DNA of 64,000 bases from an uncultured Planctomycetota bacterium (GCA_963719315.1 CAVRBU010000020.1:1-64000), one strand, 5' to 3'; shown: positions 42,183 through 54,005, counted from the first letter of the stretch. Program-made: numbers and translations. Notes: generated from the letters alone by a model not told the origin.

Positions 42183-44289
42183 ATGAACCTCGAGGTCGAT
42201 GTTGAACGTCTCCTGTTGGCGCAGAAAGCGGTGCGCGCCGAGCTCCTGGCCGAACGCGCGGCGGGTGGCTATTGGGTGGGGCGGCTAGGCAGTTCGCCCG
42301 TGGCGACCGCTGCGGCCGTGAGCGCGTTGGTGGTCGCCCATCACCAGGATTCGGACGACGCCCTGCAGGAAACGGCCGACGGCGGTCAGGTGATCGAGCA
42401 ATTGATCCAAGGAGACTTGAGCGAACTGATTTTGGAAAGCGTCCAATGGCTGGCCCGCCGTCAGAATGACGACGGCGGCTGGGGCGATTGCGACGGCGCC
42501 GATTCGAATATCGCGGCCACGATGCTCGTTCAGGCCGCGTTTCGGCTAACCGGCATACCGGCAAAGTACGCCGATTTGACGATGCGGGCCGATCAATTCG
42601 TCACCGCCCGAGGGGGCGTGGCCGGTCTGCGACGGCGAATCGGTTGGGACAAAACGTATCTTGCGCCGATCCTGGCGAACTGCGCTGGCCGACATGATCC
42701 CGTGGCGGCAGGTGCCGACGCTGCCTTTCGAATGGTTGTCGTTACCACCGCGCTGGCGGCGTGAGCTTTTAGCGCCGGCGGCTCGATATGCGGCGCCGAT
42801 TGTGATGGCGGTCGGTTTGGCAAAACTTCACAAAGACCCGCCGCGAAATCCGTTGACGCGGCTCGTGCGCCACGGTTTGCGCAAGAAGACGCTGGCATGC
42901 TTGGAGCGTCTACAGGCAGCGGACGACAGCTTCCTGGCCTCGCCGTTCACCACCGCGTTCGTCGTGATGAGTCTCGCCAGCATGGGGTGCCAGGACCATC
43001 CGATTGTGGAGCGCGGCATCGAGTTTTTGTTGACGTCCGTGCGGGCCGATGCGAGTTGGTCGGTGGCGACGAGTTTTGCGACAACGAACACCGCCCGGGC
43101 GGTTGAAAGCCTGGCCGGCGAGCATGTGGCGACGTTGGCAGGCCATGAGAACAGCCCGCGCGGTGAAGACGCTCCATCGGCGCACTGGCAGGAAACGGCC
43201 AGCGCGAATGACACGATCGTGGAGGCCGATCGCAATGCGCTGCATCCGGCGTCGGCCGACGATGTGACCGTCGTAACCGAGCAGTGCGCGGAGTGGCTAT
43301 TGAAGACTCAGCACGCTGCGCCCAGCGAGTTAACGGGCGCCCCTGCGGGCGGATGGGGCGTCAGCGATGCGCCCGGCGGTCCACCGAACACGATCGCTAC
43401 GGCCGGCGCCTTGATGACGCTGGCGCAGGCGTGCCGCCTCGAATCGCCCGATTCGCCACTTAATCGAGCTCATGTGGAGCGCGGCGCCGGCCTCGGCGTG
43501 GGCTGGTTGCTGGAAATGCAAAACGGTAACGGTGGCTGGCCGACGTATTTCCGCAACGACGGCTCGCAGCCGCTGGATTCGAGCGGCATCGACCCGACCG
43601 CAGCGGCGCTTCGGGCACTGGCTGCTTGGCAGCAATTGTGGAAAACTGAATCGCGCCAAGAACTGCAGCCGGCGCAAACTAGCCTGAGCACGCGAATTGG
43701 CTCGGCGATTGGGCGAGCGGTTCAGTATCTGGAATCGCAGCAATGTGAGGATGGCAGGTTTATTGCCCAATGGTTCGGCAACGAACATCAGCAGGAAGAA
43801 CAGAATCCCGTGCTGGGGACGGCCCAAGTCCTGGCGGCGTGTGCGGACCTGGGGCGACTCGATTCGTCGCTGGCCCAGCAGGCGGCCGCGTGGTTGGTGG
43901 CGGCCCAACATTCGGACGGCGGTTGGGGGCCGCCGCGAGCGCCGGTCGATCATTCGGGCGCCGAACGGGCTAGCAATTCTCGGTCGTGGCGCGAGAACGA
44001 TACGTTAGCCAAGTTCTGTAGCATTGAAGAAACGGCGGCGGCCACGAGTTCGCTTTTGCCGCTGGCTGCGGCCGATGGGGCCGCGGCGCGTGGCGTATCG
44101 CGCGGCCTCGTGTGGCTGACCAACGCGGTGGAGCAAGATGGCCATCGACGACCGGCGATCATCGGTTTTTATTTCTCGCGAATATGGTATTATGAGCGGA
44201 TGTACCCGCTGGCATTTGCGGCGGGCGCATTGTCGCGGGCCGTGGGTGCCTTGGCGCCTGCGATGCCGGCAGAAACGCCGGTAAGATAG
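42183..44289 (+). CDS. Squalene-hopene cyclase-like protein lacking DxDD (frameshift near 42685)
   Basis: QW repeats QNDDGGW, QNGNGGW, QHSDGGW; IGFYFSRIWYYE. Confidence 0.8.
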
Positions 44290-44396
44290 CTGCGAACGAA
44301 TCGGCGTGTGGGACGGTCTCTGGTTTGTGGCGAACCGGGCATGCCGAGCCAACGGAACGCCGGCCGTGTGACGGACGGTCCGGAAAGGTATACGAG

Positions 44397-45568
44397 ATGA
44401 CAGCCGCGCGACAGGACGCGCCTTCGACGGAGCCGCCTCGCTACGCGCATCTGCTGCGCATGGCGCGGCAGATGTTTGAACCCGACGAATTGGAACGGCT
44501 GATCCCGCGGGTTCGCGGAGGCCCGCGTCTGGAAGAGGTCAACGGCGAAGGCGCAGGGGCCCTCGATCCCATCGCGGCAACCGAAGCGATCGCCTATGAT
44601 TTCCTGGCGAAGGGGGGTAAGTACTCGCGGCCATTCATTACGCTTGCCGCCTACGACGCGGTCGCCGGCGGGAACGCCTCGCGGCCGGACGACGGCGGCG
44701 AATGCGATCACCTTTCCGATACTGTCCGCCGTGCGGCGATTTCGATCGAATCGTTTCACAAGGCTTCGCTCGTCCATGATGATATCCAGGACGGCGACGA
44801 ATTCCGCTACGGCCGGCGCACCGTGCACGTCGAACACGGAGTGCCGACGGCGATTAACGTCGGCGATTATTTGATCGGCCTCGGCTATCGGCTCGTCAGC
44901 CGCGACACGGAGGCGCTCGGCGCTTCGACCGCGGCCGATATCCTCAACAAATTGGCCGACGCGCACACCAAGCTTAGCGAAGGGCAGGGGGCTGAACTCG
45001 TCTGGCGCGACAACCGCGACAAACGCCTCGCGCCGGATGAAGCCTTGAAAATTTACGCACTCAAAACGGCGCCGGCGTTCGAGGCCGCGCTGTATTGCGG
45101 GTTGCGGCTTGCCGGGCCGGCCGACAAGTATGCCGAGCCCGTTACGCAGCTAGCGCGGCATTTGGGGATCGCGTTTCAGATTCTCAATGACTTGCAAGAT
45201 TGGCAGGGCGACGACTTCAACAAGCTTACGCTGGGGGGCGATGTGCTGGGAGGTCGTCCGACGGTGCTCTGGGCGCTGGCGCTCGAAGGCCTCGCAGCCG
45301 ACGACCGGTGCGAGTTGGAGCAGCTTGTTGCCGAGGGAGATGCGACGCCCGCCGTATTCAAGCAAATTCGCGCCTGTTCCAACAGGCCGGCGCGTTCGAG
45401 AAAGCGCTCAAGTTTGTTCATGAGCATCGCCAAAAAGCGGTGCGCGTGGCCGACAATTTGGCGCCGGAGAGCCTCCGGCGTCTGGCCCACCACTTGATTG
45501 ACACGGTCTTGCAGCAGCCTGCCGCGACTAGCGCCGCCTGTCGCCCCTTGGCCGTCCCCGCCCGGTGA
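44397..45568 (+). CDS. Polyprenyl synthetase (frameshift near 45375)
   Basis: GGKYSRP, HDDIQD, GQG, KT, FQILNDLQD. Confidence 0.9.
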
Positions 45569-46134
45569 CTGATCCCGCCCAACTTACCTCCGAAGCGGAC
45601 TTGTTTTCCCGCAGCGCGTCGCGGTTGGCGACGTTGTTCTATGCCAGTCTAAGCATGTTGGGCCAGTTCGAGCCCGTGGCTGTCGATCTATTGCCGGCCG
45701 AACATCGAACGCTGCTCGCACACAACGATCACATGACCGTGGCGTTGGAATTGTTCCACAAATCGCCCGTTTCGGTCGAGGCGGTGGCCGAATGGCGGGA
45801 CGAAGCGAGCTACGCCCGTACGAGCCTCTTGCGTCGCCAAACGGACGGCGCGGTCGTACAATTCGGAATGATGCGGATTTGGCTCGCCGACCTGCCGGCA
45901 GCCGCCCAAGAAGAAATCGCGAACAAACGGGTCCCGCTGGGGCGGGTGCTGATCGAGCATAATCTGCTGCGGGAGGTGGAGCTGATCACACTGTGGAGAA
46001 TCACCCCAGGGCCGGTGTTGGAGCAATATCTTGGAGCAAGCCGCAAGGCACCGATTTACGGACGGACGGCGCAAATACTCGTGGACGAGCGGCCAACGGT
46101 GCAATTGTTGGAGATTGTAAAGTTGCCGGCGTAA
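45565..46134 (+). CDS. Chorismate-lyase-like (UTRA fold) protein
   Basis: LLAHNDHMTVALE, PLGRVL, YGRT. Confidence 0.6.
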   Translation: MTDPAQLTSEADLFSRSASRLATLFYASLSMLGQFEPVAVDLLPAEHRTLLAHNDHMTVALELFHKSPVSVEAVAEWRDEASYARTSLLRRQTDGAVVQFGMMRIWLADLPAAAQEEIANKRVPLGRVLIEHNLLREVELITLWRITPGPVLEQYLGASRKAPIYGRTAQILVDERPTVQLLEIVKLPA

Positions 46135-46234
46135 CATTGAATATTAACCACGGAGACACGAAGAACACTGAGAAGAATCAATGGAAATGGTTTTGAACAA
46201 GAGGTATCAGGGTCAATAGAAGATCGAATCGATT

Positions 46235-46338
46235 CAACCCTTACAGGGTATTGCGTCGGCGCGCATCCCAGGTACCCAGGGTAGCCATCGCTGCGCTCAG
46301 GCAACCCTGGAATGAAAGATGTAACACCTTCGGTGTAT
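46235..46338. repeat. REP-like palindromic element
   Basis: AACCCTTACAGGGT; CCCAGGGTAGCC...GGCAACCCTGG; ACACCTTCGGTGT. Confidence 0.55.
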
Positions 46339-46404
46339 CGATCGGGATCAGCCGATCTTGACAGGGAAGATACTCTTGAGCCGTTCCTAAAAGTGATGGA
46401 TGCA

Positions 46405-47670
46405 ATGATAACTTCAGCCACGCAGTACGACTGCATCGTGATCGGCGGCGGGCCGGGTGGGTCGACCACGGCGGCGCTGGTGGCAGATGCCGGATATCGC
46501 GTGCTGCTATTGGAGCGCGATCTCGAACCGCGCCGCAAAGTCGGTGAGTCGTTGATGCCCGAGACGTATTGGGTCTTCGAGCGGCTGGGCGTGCTGGATG
46601 GCTTGAAGAGCGGGCCGTTCGTCGAAAAGGTCGGCGTGCAATTCGTCAGTAGCAGCGGCAAGGAGTCGTCGCCGTTTTTGTTCACGCGGCACGATCCGCG
46701 GGCGTGCGGCCGAACCTGGCACGTGGAGCGGGTGAAGTTCGATCAATTTCTGCTCGATAACGCGGCCAAAAAAGCCGAAGTCCATCGCGGTGCGCGTGTG
46801 TTAGACGTTGTTTTCGAAGGCGAGCGAGCCGTTGGCGTCCGATTGTCTGGCGACGACGCTGGGGCGAATGTGGATGGAGGCCAACTTATCCGGGCCAAAG
46901 TTATCGTGGATGCGAGCGGTCAAGCAGGGATTCTCGGCACCCGCTTCGCGCAACGCCAACCCAATCCGAAGTTTCGCAAAGCCGCCATCTGGGGCCACTT
47001 CCGCGGCTCGCGCCGCGATGTGATTGATAACGGCGTCATGACGGTGTGCCTCCGTTCGCAATCGGATCGATCCTGGTTTTGGCACATTCCGCTGTCGAAC
47101 GACGTGGTGAGCATCGGTTGTGTGAGCGATGCCGAGTATCTCTTCCGCCCCGGCGGCGGCACGCCGGACGAATTATTCGCGGCCGAGGTGGCCGACTGCC
47201 CGGCGATGGCGCAGCGGCTCGCGGGCGCGGAAAAGGTCGCGGGGCTGGACGTCGTGAAAGAATATTCGTACACCACGGGCCGCTCGTCCGGCGATGGCTG
47301 GGTGCTCGTCGGCGATGCGTGGGGCTTTATCGACCCGATTTATTCCTCCGGTGTGTGGTTCGCGCTCAAGAGCGGCCAACTCGCGGCCGATGCGATTATC
47401 GAAGGCCTTAAGAGTGGCGACACGTCCGAAGCCCAGCTCGGCAAATGGGTGCCCGATTTCGCCCGCGGCACGACGTGGGTCCGCAAGCTGGCCGAGGCGT
47501 GGTACTGCGGGCAGTTCCGTGTCGGCAAGTTCATCCGCGAGTATCCACAGCACGTGGGGCCGATGACGGACATTCTCATCGGGCGTATTTTCCAGCCCGA
47601 CGCGGGTAAGATCTTCGATGACCTCGACCCCTGGCTGGAACGGATGAAGACGGAAGGCGTGACGAGTTGA
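46405..47670 (+). CDS. Flavin-dependent halogenase-like oxidoreductase
   Basis: GGGPGG, VGESL, FVEKVG, WFWHIP (WxWxIP), GDAWGFIDPIYSSG. Confidence 0.85.
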   Translation: MITSATQYDCIVIGGGPGGSTTAALVADAGYRVLLLERDLEPRRKVGESLMPETYWVFERLGVLDGLKSGPFVEKVGVQFVSSSGKESSPFLFTRHDPRACGRTWHVERVKFDQFLLDNAAKKAEVHRGARVLDVVFEGERAVGVRLSGDDAGANVDGGQLIRAKVIVDASGQAGILGTRFAQRQPNPKFRKAAIWGHFRGSRRDVIDNGVMTVCLRSQSDRSWFWHIPLSNDVVSIGCVSDAEYLFRPGGGTPDELFAAEVADCPAMAQRLAGAEKVAGLDVVKEYSYTTGRSSGDGWVLVGDAWGFIDPIYSSGVWFALKSGQLAADAIIEGLKSGDTSEAQLGKWVPDFARGTTWVRKLAEAWYCGQFRVGKFIREYPQHVGPMTDILIGRIFQPDAGKIFDDLDPWLERMKTEGVTS

Positions 47671-47790
47671 GGGTTGAGGGTTGAGGGTTGAAGAGTTGAA
47701 GAGTTGAGGGGCGAGGGGCGGCCGAATGAGGCGTCCGGAAGTAGACTAAAGTACGATTGGCCATCGACTCTAGGCCCTCGACCCTCGACC
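47664..47790. repeat. Heptamer tandem repeats (GGGTTGA)n with partner (TCGACCC)n
   Basis: Directly visible arrays. Confidence 0.75.
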
Positions 47791-47795
47791 TTCTT

Positions 47796-49103
47796 ATGCG
47801 CATCGCATATATCACCGCTGGGGCGGCTGGCATGTACTGCGGCAGTTGTCTGCACGACAACACGCTCGCTGCCGCACTGCTGGAGTTGGGCGAGGATGTG
47901 CTGCTCGTGCCCACGTACACGCCGCTGCGCACCGACGAGACCGACGTTAGCATCAAGCGGGTGTTCTTCGGGGGCATCAATGTTTACTTGCAGGAGAAGC
48001 TGCCGCTGTTCCGACACACGCCGTGGTGGTTCGATCGGCTGCTCGATAACCCCGCGCTGTTAGAGCGATTGGCGCGTCGGGCGTCGAGCGTCGATCCCAC
48101 GCAGCTCGGCGGTTTGACCGTGTCGATGCTCCGCGGCGAGGCAGGCCATCAGCGCAAGGAACTCGAAAAACTGGTCCATTGGCTGCTCACCGAGGTGCAG
48201 CCGGAAATCGTGCATTTGTCGAACTCCATGCAAATCGGCATGGCGCGGTTGATACGGGAACGCGGCGGCCCGCCGGTCGTGTGCCAACTTTCGGGCGAAG
48301 ACCTGTTCCTCGAAAAGTTGCCGCCGCCGTATTACGAAGAAGCGCGGGCACACTTGCGCGAGCGCGCGGCTGATGTCGACGCGTTCGTAGCGCTCAACCG
48401 CTACTATGCGGTTTTCATGGCGGATTATCTGGCCGTTGATCGGACGCGGGTGCACGTAATTCCGCACGGTTTGAACCTGGATGGCCATGCCAGGCGTCAA
48501 CCCCCGGCGGAATCGGGCGTTCATCGCGACATGCCGCGCGTGATCGGTTTCTTCGCCCGAATCTGCGAGGATAAAGGATTGCATCAATTGGTGGAGGCCT
48601 GCGAATTATTAGCGACACGCGGCGACTTGCCGCCGTTTGTTCTCCACGCCGCCGGTTACCTTGGCGACGGCGACAGACCCTATCTTGCCGCACTCGAAGC
48701 CCAAACTGCCGCCGGCCCACTGGCCGGCAGGTTCCGGTACATGGGCGAGCTCGATCGTGCCCAAAAAATCGCGTTCCTGCAATCGCTCGATCTAATGAGT
48801 ACGCCGACCGTGTATCGCGAATCGAAGGGCTTACCCGCACTCGAGGCCATGGCCAATGCAGTGCCCGTTGTCTTGCCCGACCATGGGAGTTTCTCGGAGA
48901 TGGTTGCCGACACCGGCGGCGGCCTGCTGCATCGACCCCACGACGCGGCCGACTTGGCCGATAAATTGGCTGAACTACTCAGCGATTCGGTGCGAGCCTC
49001 GCAGTTCGGCCTCGCTGGGCAGCAGGCAGTTCAGGATCGTTACAACGCCGCAGCGATGGCGCGGCAGACGCGCGAGTTATACGAAAGGTTTATCTCTAGG
49101 TAG
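47796..49103 (+). CDS. Glycosyltransferase family 4
   Basis: MRIAYITAGAAGMYCGSC, DKGL, ESKGLPALEAMA. Confidence 0.9.
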   Translation: MRIAYITAGAAGMYCGSCLHDNTLAAALLELGEDVLLVPTYTPLRTDETDVSIKRVFFGGINVYLQEKLPLFRHTPWWFDRLLDNPALLERLARRASSVDPTQLGGLTVSMLRGEAGHQRKELEKLVHWLLTEVQPEIVHLSNSMQIGMARLIRERGGPPVVCQLSGEDLFLEKLPPPYYEEARAHLRERAADVDAFVALNRYYAVFMADYLAVDRTRVHVIPHGLNLDGHARRQPPAESGVHRDMPRVIGFFARICEDKGLHQLVEACELLATRGDLPPFVLHAAGYLGDGDRPYLAALEAQTAAGPLAGRFRYMGELDRAQKIAFLQSLDLMSTPTVYRESKGLPALEAMANAVPVVLPDHGSFSEMVADTGGGLLHRPHDAADLADKLAELLSDSVRASQFGLAGQQAVQDRYNAAAMARQTRELYERFISR

Positions 49104-49592
49104 GTGTTTAGTCCCATTGTATGCTGTCAATGAGTTGGACTGTGAAACAAGGGTGTAAACGATGACGAACATGTTGGCTGGATCATTGCGGCATTAGGCG
49201 TTTACAACGCTGCGGCCTTAGCGAGCGGCGTGCATCGCGTGCTGATTTCGCCTGACAAAGCGGTGGTGTACCTAACGTCGCACGAGGTGAATGTTAGCCG
49301 CAATGTCGCCGATGGCAGCCCAATGTACGAAGTAAGCTTGCCTCTCAAAAAATTCCCGTTTGATGCGCAGTTGCAACAGGACCATCGATCTGACCTGCTT
49401 TGGGTTTCCTCCGTAAACTTGCTCCTGACGGCGGCATTATTTCGAGCCAGTCGTTCCAAAGCGACGCCTGTAAAACCCTTCACAATACTGGGGAAACGAG
49501 GAGAACCGTCCCTTGGCGGCCCGCCCGTACTCCGCTAAAATACAAGGCTCAAATTTGGGTCTGACGCAAAACAAATTTTTCGGGATTTCGAA

Positions 49593-49868
49593 ATGCCGCC
49601 GTATCAAAACGACCGCAACGATCGTAACAAACGCAATAAGGTTGCCAAGAAGCCCAACAAGCGCGATCCGATTTATGTCGAGGGCCAGGCGCCGCGGCCG
49701 ATGTATGTCGATTACAAGGACCTCGATTTGTTGACGAAGCTCACTAATCGGCACGGCCGGATCGTGAGCCGTCGCAAGACGGGTTGCCACGCGGCGAGCC
49801 AGCACGCGGTCGCGCGGGCGATCAAGCGGGCACGGTTCATGGCACTGCTGCCGTATGTGGGCGACTGA
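49593..49868 (+). CDS. rpsR: 30S ribosomal protein S18
   Basis: [32 protein letters not shown]. Confidence 0.95.
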   Translation: MPPYQNDRNDRNKRNKVAKKPNKRDPIYVEGQAPRPMYVDYKDLDLLTKLTNRHGRIVSRRKTGCHAASQHAVARAIKRARFMALLPYVGD

Positions 49869-49951
49869 ATTGGTCGAGAGTCTAGGGTCAAGCGTCGAGA
49901 GCCAGAAATATTCTGGCTCTCGACGCTTGACACTCCGCTCTTGTCTTCCCC

Positions 49952-50374
49952 ATGCCCACTCCCTTCCACACCACCCGGTTCGTCGAGTTTGCTGATACCG
50001 ACATGGCCGGGATCATGCACTTTTCGGCATTCTTTCGGTTCATGGAAGCGGCAGAGCACGCGCTGCTGCGGAGCCTCGGGTTCAGCGTGTTTTCGGAAGT
50101 CGGGAAAGAAGTGATTACGTTTCCGCGGGTGGCGGCGTCCTGCGAGTATCATTCGCCGGCGCGGTGCGAGGAAGTGCTCGATATCGACGTCACGGTCAAT
50201 CGCGTTGGCACCAAGAGCGTGACGTACGGTTTCGCGTTTTCGTACAAGGGCCGCGACGTGGCGACCGGCCAAATGACAAGCGTCTGCTGCCGCATACCGC
50301 ACGGCGGTACGCCCGTGTCGATTGCCATCCCTGATGAAATGGGCGACAAGCTACGCAAAATGGCGGCCAGTTAG
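49952..50374 (+). CDS. Acyl-CoA thioesterase (4HBT family)
   Basis: FADTDMAGIMHFSAFFRFME. Confidence 0.88.
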   Translation: MPTPFHTTRFVEFADTDMAGIMHFSAFFRFMEAAEHALLRSLGFSVFSEVGKEVITFPRVAASCEYHSPARCEEVLDIDVTVNRVGTKSVTYGFAFSYKGRDVATGQMTSVCCRIPHGGTPVSIAIPDEMGDKLRKMAAS

Positions 50375-50401
50375 CGAAGCGGGTGGCATGCGTTCAAGCA
50401 A

Positions 50402-50486
50402 GTAGGTCCCGCTTGCCGAGCGGGACCTTAGGAGTGTTGTGCAAGACGTGTTTACGCTTAGGTCCCTTCCGGCAGAAGGGACCTAC
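50402..50486. repeat. GTAGGTCCC-type REP doublet
   Basis: GTAGGTCCCGCTTGCCGAGCGGGACC...GGTCCCTTCCGGCAGAAGGGACCTAC. Confidence 0.8.
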
Positions 50487-50614
50487 TGGACATCTTTGTG
50501 GCGTTCCTAGCATGCTCACGCGACTGCGTCGCGAGAGCATGGCACCTAAGTTAGAGCATGTCACCCTCGGAGGTACATGCCCAACAACACGTTGGTCCAC
50601 TACAATGGATCGGA

Positions 50615-51310
50615 ATGGAAAGCCAATCTGAAGCCGCCGAGCTTGTTGTCGAGAACATCGTTAAGGAATACGCGACTCCGGCCGAGCCGTTGCGGATTCT
50701 GTCGGGCGTGTCGTTTTCGCTGCGGCGGGGGGAGAATCTCGCGATCTTGGGGCCGAGCGGTTCGGGCAAGAGCACGCTGCTCTCGATTCTGGGCACGCTG
50801 GAGCCGCCGACATCGGGTCGGGTGCTGCTGGCACGCGAGGATCCGTTCAAACTCAAGGAAGCGGAGTTGGCCGAGTTTCGGCTCGAGAACGTGGGGTTCG
50901 TGTTTCAAGAGCATCATCTGCTGCCGCAGTGTACGGTCTTGGAAAATGTGCTGGTGCCGTTCTTGGCGGATGGAGCGGCCTCGCCGGACGATCAACGGCG
51001 GGCTGCCGATTTGTTGGGCCGCGTCGGGCTTGCCGAGCGGTTGACGCACCGGCCGGCCGAGCTTTCGGGCGGCGAGCGGCAACGTGTGGCCATCGCGCGG
51101 GCGCTGGTGCGCGAGCCGACGCTGCTGTTGGCCGACGAGCCGACCGGCAATCTCGATCGCACCACTGCCGGTTCGATCGCCAACTTGCTGCTCGAACTCC
51201 AGGTCGAGCACAATGCGATTCTGGTTATCGTCACGCATAATGAGGCTTTGGCGGCATCGCTCCAACGCCGCATGGAGCTGGATTCGGGACGACTCGTGCC
51301 CGTGGCGTGA
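50615..51310 (+). CDS. ABC transporter ATP-binding protein (LolD-like)
   Basis: GPSGSGKS, LSGGERQR, LADEPTGNLD. Confidence 0.92.
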   Translation: MESQSEAAELVVENIVKEYATPAEPLRILSGVSFSLRRGENLAILGPSGSGKSTLLSILGTLEPPTSGRVLLAREDPFKLKEAELAEFRLENVGFVFQEHHLLPQCTVLENVLVPFLADGAASPDDQRRAADLLGRVGLAERLTHRPAELSGGERQRVAIARALVREPTLLLADEPTGNLDRTTAGSIANLLLELQVEHNAILVIVTHNEALAASLQRRMELDSGRLVPVA

Positions 51311-51354
51311 TTGAATTGCTTAGTTATTCAGCGGACAATTGAGTTGTACGCCAC

Positions 51355-51430
51355 TGTGGGAGAGGCGTCTCGGACGCCGATTTCGTGCGACGATTGTGGA
51401 GTCTCTTCGGCCTCAGAGAGTCCTCCCACA
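51355..51430. repeat. GTGGGAG-type REP
   Basis: TGTGGGAG...CTCCCACA inverted ends with internal hairpins. Confidence 0.6.
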
Positions 51431-51447
51431 AAAAGCACGGCTGCACT

Positions 51448-53103
51448 ATGAAAATCACCACCATCCCGAACGTGTATCGAAATGTGAATCGCTGGGGAGA
51501 AATTCTCACGATTCTCAGCAAGTACGGGTTGGCCGATTGGGTGAGTCGCTTCGATTTGCCCTTGGTAAAGGGTTTTCTCAAAAATCGCGACGGCGAGAAG
51601 CTGGCCCATCTGAGTCGCGAAACGCGAATCCGGATGGCGATCGAGGAGCTGGGGCCGGCGTTCATCAAGTTCGGCCAAATCCTGAGTACGCGACCCGACC
51701 AGGTCGGCATGCCACTTGCGCAGGAGTTGCAGAAACTGCAGACGAGCGTCGCCTGCGACGAGCCGAAGGTCGTGCGCGAAACGATCGAGTCGGAGCTCGA
51801 GCAATCGTTGGAGATGCTGTTCGCCGACTTCGACACCACGCCGCTGGCCTCGGCATCGATTGGCCAGGCGCATCGGGCGCGGCTACACGCCGGCGACGAC
51901 GTGGTGGTGAAAGTGCAGCACGCCGGCATCCGCCGCCGGATGGAAGTCGATCTCGATATCCTCGGCGGCCTGGCACAGTTGGCGGAAAAACTACCGGAGT
52001 TGCAATCGTATCGGCCACAAGCGACGGTGGCCGAGTTTCGCCGCGTCGTGCGTCGCGAGTTCGATTTCGCGCGAGGCCCGCAACTTGCAGCAGTTCAAGC
52101 GGAACTTCGCCCGTGCGCCGCATGTGCGCATTCCGCGGCTGTATCCCGACCTATCGACCGGTCGCGTGATGACGATGGAGTGGCTCGATGGCGCCCGGCT
52201 TTGCGACCCGGCTGTGCGGAAAATGCCTAATATCGACCTGAGGCAGGTCACGCGCCACGGCGCGGAAATGTACCTGGAGATGATTTTTCATCACGGCTTC
52301 TATCACGGCGATCCGCACCCGGGGAACCTCGTCGTGCTCCCCGATGGGGCGATCGGGCTGTTGGACTTCGGCATGGTCGCGCGGCTGGATGAGCAGCTTC
52401 GCGAAGATATCGAAGACATGCTGATCGCGATCGTGTCGCAGGATTCGCAGCAGTTGACTTCGCTTGTGATGCGGCTAGGGGCCGTGCCGCCGGGGTTGGA
52501 CGAGCCGTCCTTAAGCGTCGATCTGGCCGAATTCGTCAATCACTACGCAAATCAGCCAGTCGACGCGTTCGATCTGGCCGTGCGCTGAGCGAAATGATCG
52601 AAATCGTGCAGCGGTATCGAATTGCGCTCGCGCCCTCGATGGCGATGCTCATCAAAGTGCTGGTGATGCTCGAAGGCACGGCCCGAATGCTCGAACCGAA
52701 CTTCAGCCTGATGGAACTGATTCAGCCCTACCAGAAGAAGATGCTCCGCCGCCGGCTGTCGCCCGCGCGGCAGATGCGGAAAGTGCGGCGGATATATTCC
52801 GAAATGGAAAAACTGGCCGAGGTGTTGCCGCGGCGGCTGCGTGATATTTTGCAGCAGGTCGAGAGCGGCAAATTCGACGTGCACCTCGATCACCGCGGAT
52901 TAGAGCCGTCGGTGAACCGGCTGGTGCTGGGGTTGCTAACGAGCTCGTTGTTCTTGGGCTCGTCTCTATTGATCAGTCGGAATGTGTGGGCCTTTCGCGA
53001 TGCGTCGGTGCCGGGCACGTTGGGTGTGATGCTGAGCGCCTTTTTGGGCTGGCGCCTGCTGCGGGCGATCGGCAAATCGGGCCGGCTCGACCGACGGAAG
53101 TAA
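51448..53103 (+). CDS. AarF/ABC1/UbiB kinase family protein (two frameshifts)
   Basis: LGPAFIKFGQILSTRPD, LASASIGQ, VVKVQ, HGDPHPGN, LDFGMV. Confidence 0.9.
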
Positions 53104-53223
53104 CCACTAGTCAGGCCGTGCCTGACGATACCGCTCCATGGATTCCGAGAACATCAGGCGTAACCTGACCTGTTGAACTGAATTTTTGCGAATTCAGCTA
53201 CCTACGGTCGGCGGCGTCGCGCT

Positions 53224-53418
53224 CTACGCGCCGACGCTTTGTTTGCTCGAGTGCATGCCGCGGAGCTCTTCGAGCTCGACCGTCAGGCGATGACGCAACG
53301 GGCTTTCCGGACGCAGCTCATCCAGCAGTTCTTCTGCGCGGTCAAAAGTGGCCGACTCGAACGTCGATCCTTTGAACATCTGACCCCAACTTCGGGCAAC
53401 TTCTTGCTCGGTTAACAA
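53224..53418 (-). CDS. Small hypothetical protein
   Basis: AEELLDELRPESPLRHRLTVELEELR helical pattern; start uncertain. Confidence 0.55.
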   Translation of the reverse strand: MLTEQEVARSWGQMFKGSTFESATFDRAEELLDELRPESPLRHRLTVELEELRGMHSSKQSVGA

Positions 53419-53732
53419 GGCTGAACTCCTTAAAGTGCAGGGACAACTCGACCACTCAACCTTTGAGCGATTGACCTCCAACTTGATTGTACGTATTCCG
53501 GCGACCGGCTGCCAAGTGTTCAGCACAATCGGTGAGGCGGAGAGCATAGCGAATGTTCGGCAGACTGGAATGTCGAACCGAGGCGGGCAGCTATCGTTTA
53601 CGGGGATTTTGGTGACAAGGTATAATAAACAGGGGGCAGCGGCGGCGGTGTGTCCTTTTCGTAACTCCAAGCGGCCCGCCAAGTTGGCGTGGCCGGTGGA
53701 ACGAGTTGCCGAATTTTTAGTGAGGCCAGATT

Positions 53733-54005
53733 ATGTCGCAAGCAATTGTCGATCCCAACGAACTGCGACGTTTTGCACAGAATCTTAAGAAGTTCAACCA
53801 GGAACTGGAAGAGCGGCTTACGTCGCTGCGGGCCCAGCTCCAGGCGTTGGGCGCCACGTGGCGCGATCAGGAGCACAAGAAGTTCACCGAAGATTTCGAA
53901 GAGCACATGAAAGTCATTGGCCGTTACGTGGACGTGACGAACGAGCACGCGCCGTTTTTGATGCGCAAAGCGGAGCGGATCGAGGAGTACCTTCAACAGA
54001 GGTGA
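53733..54005 (+). CDS. WXG100-family (ESAT-6-like) protein
   Basis: 90 aa; VDPNELRRFA, central LGATWRDQE, helical hairpin. Confidence 0.88.
   Translation: MSQAIVDPNELRRFAQNLKKFNQELEERLTSLRAQLQALGATWRDQEHKKFTEDFEEHMKVIGRYVDVTNEHAPFLMRKAERIEEYLQQR

Noticed and set aside
49162..49538. Possible small CDS between GT4 and rpsR
   Set aside because: No clear start or recognisable motif; cannot be supported
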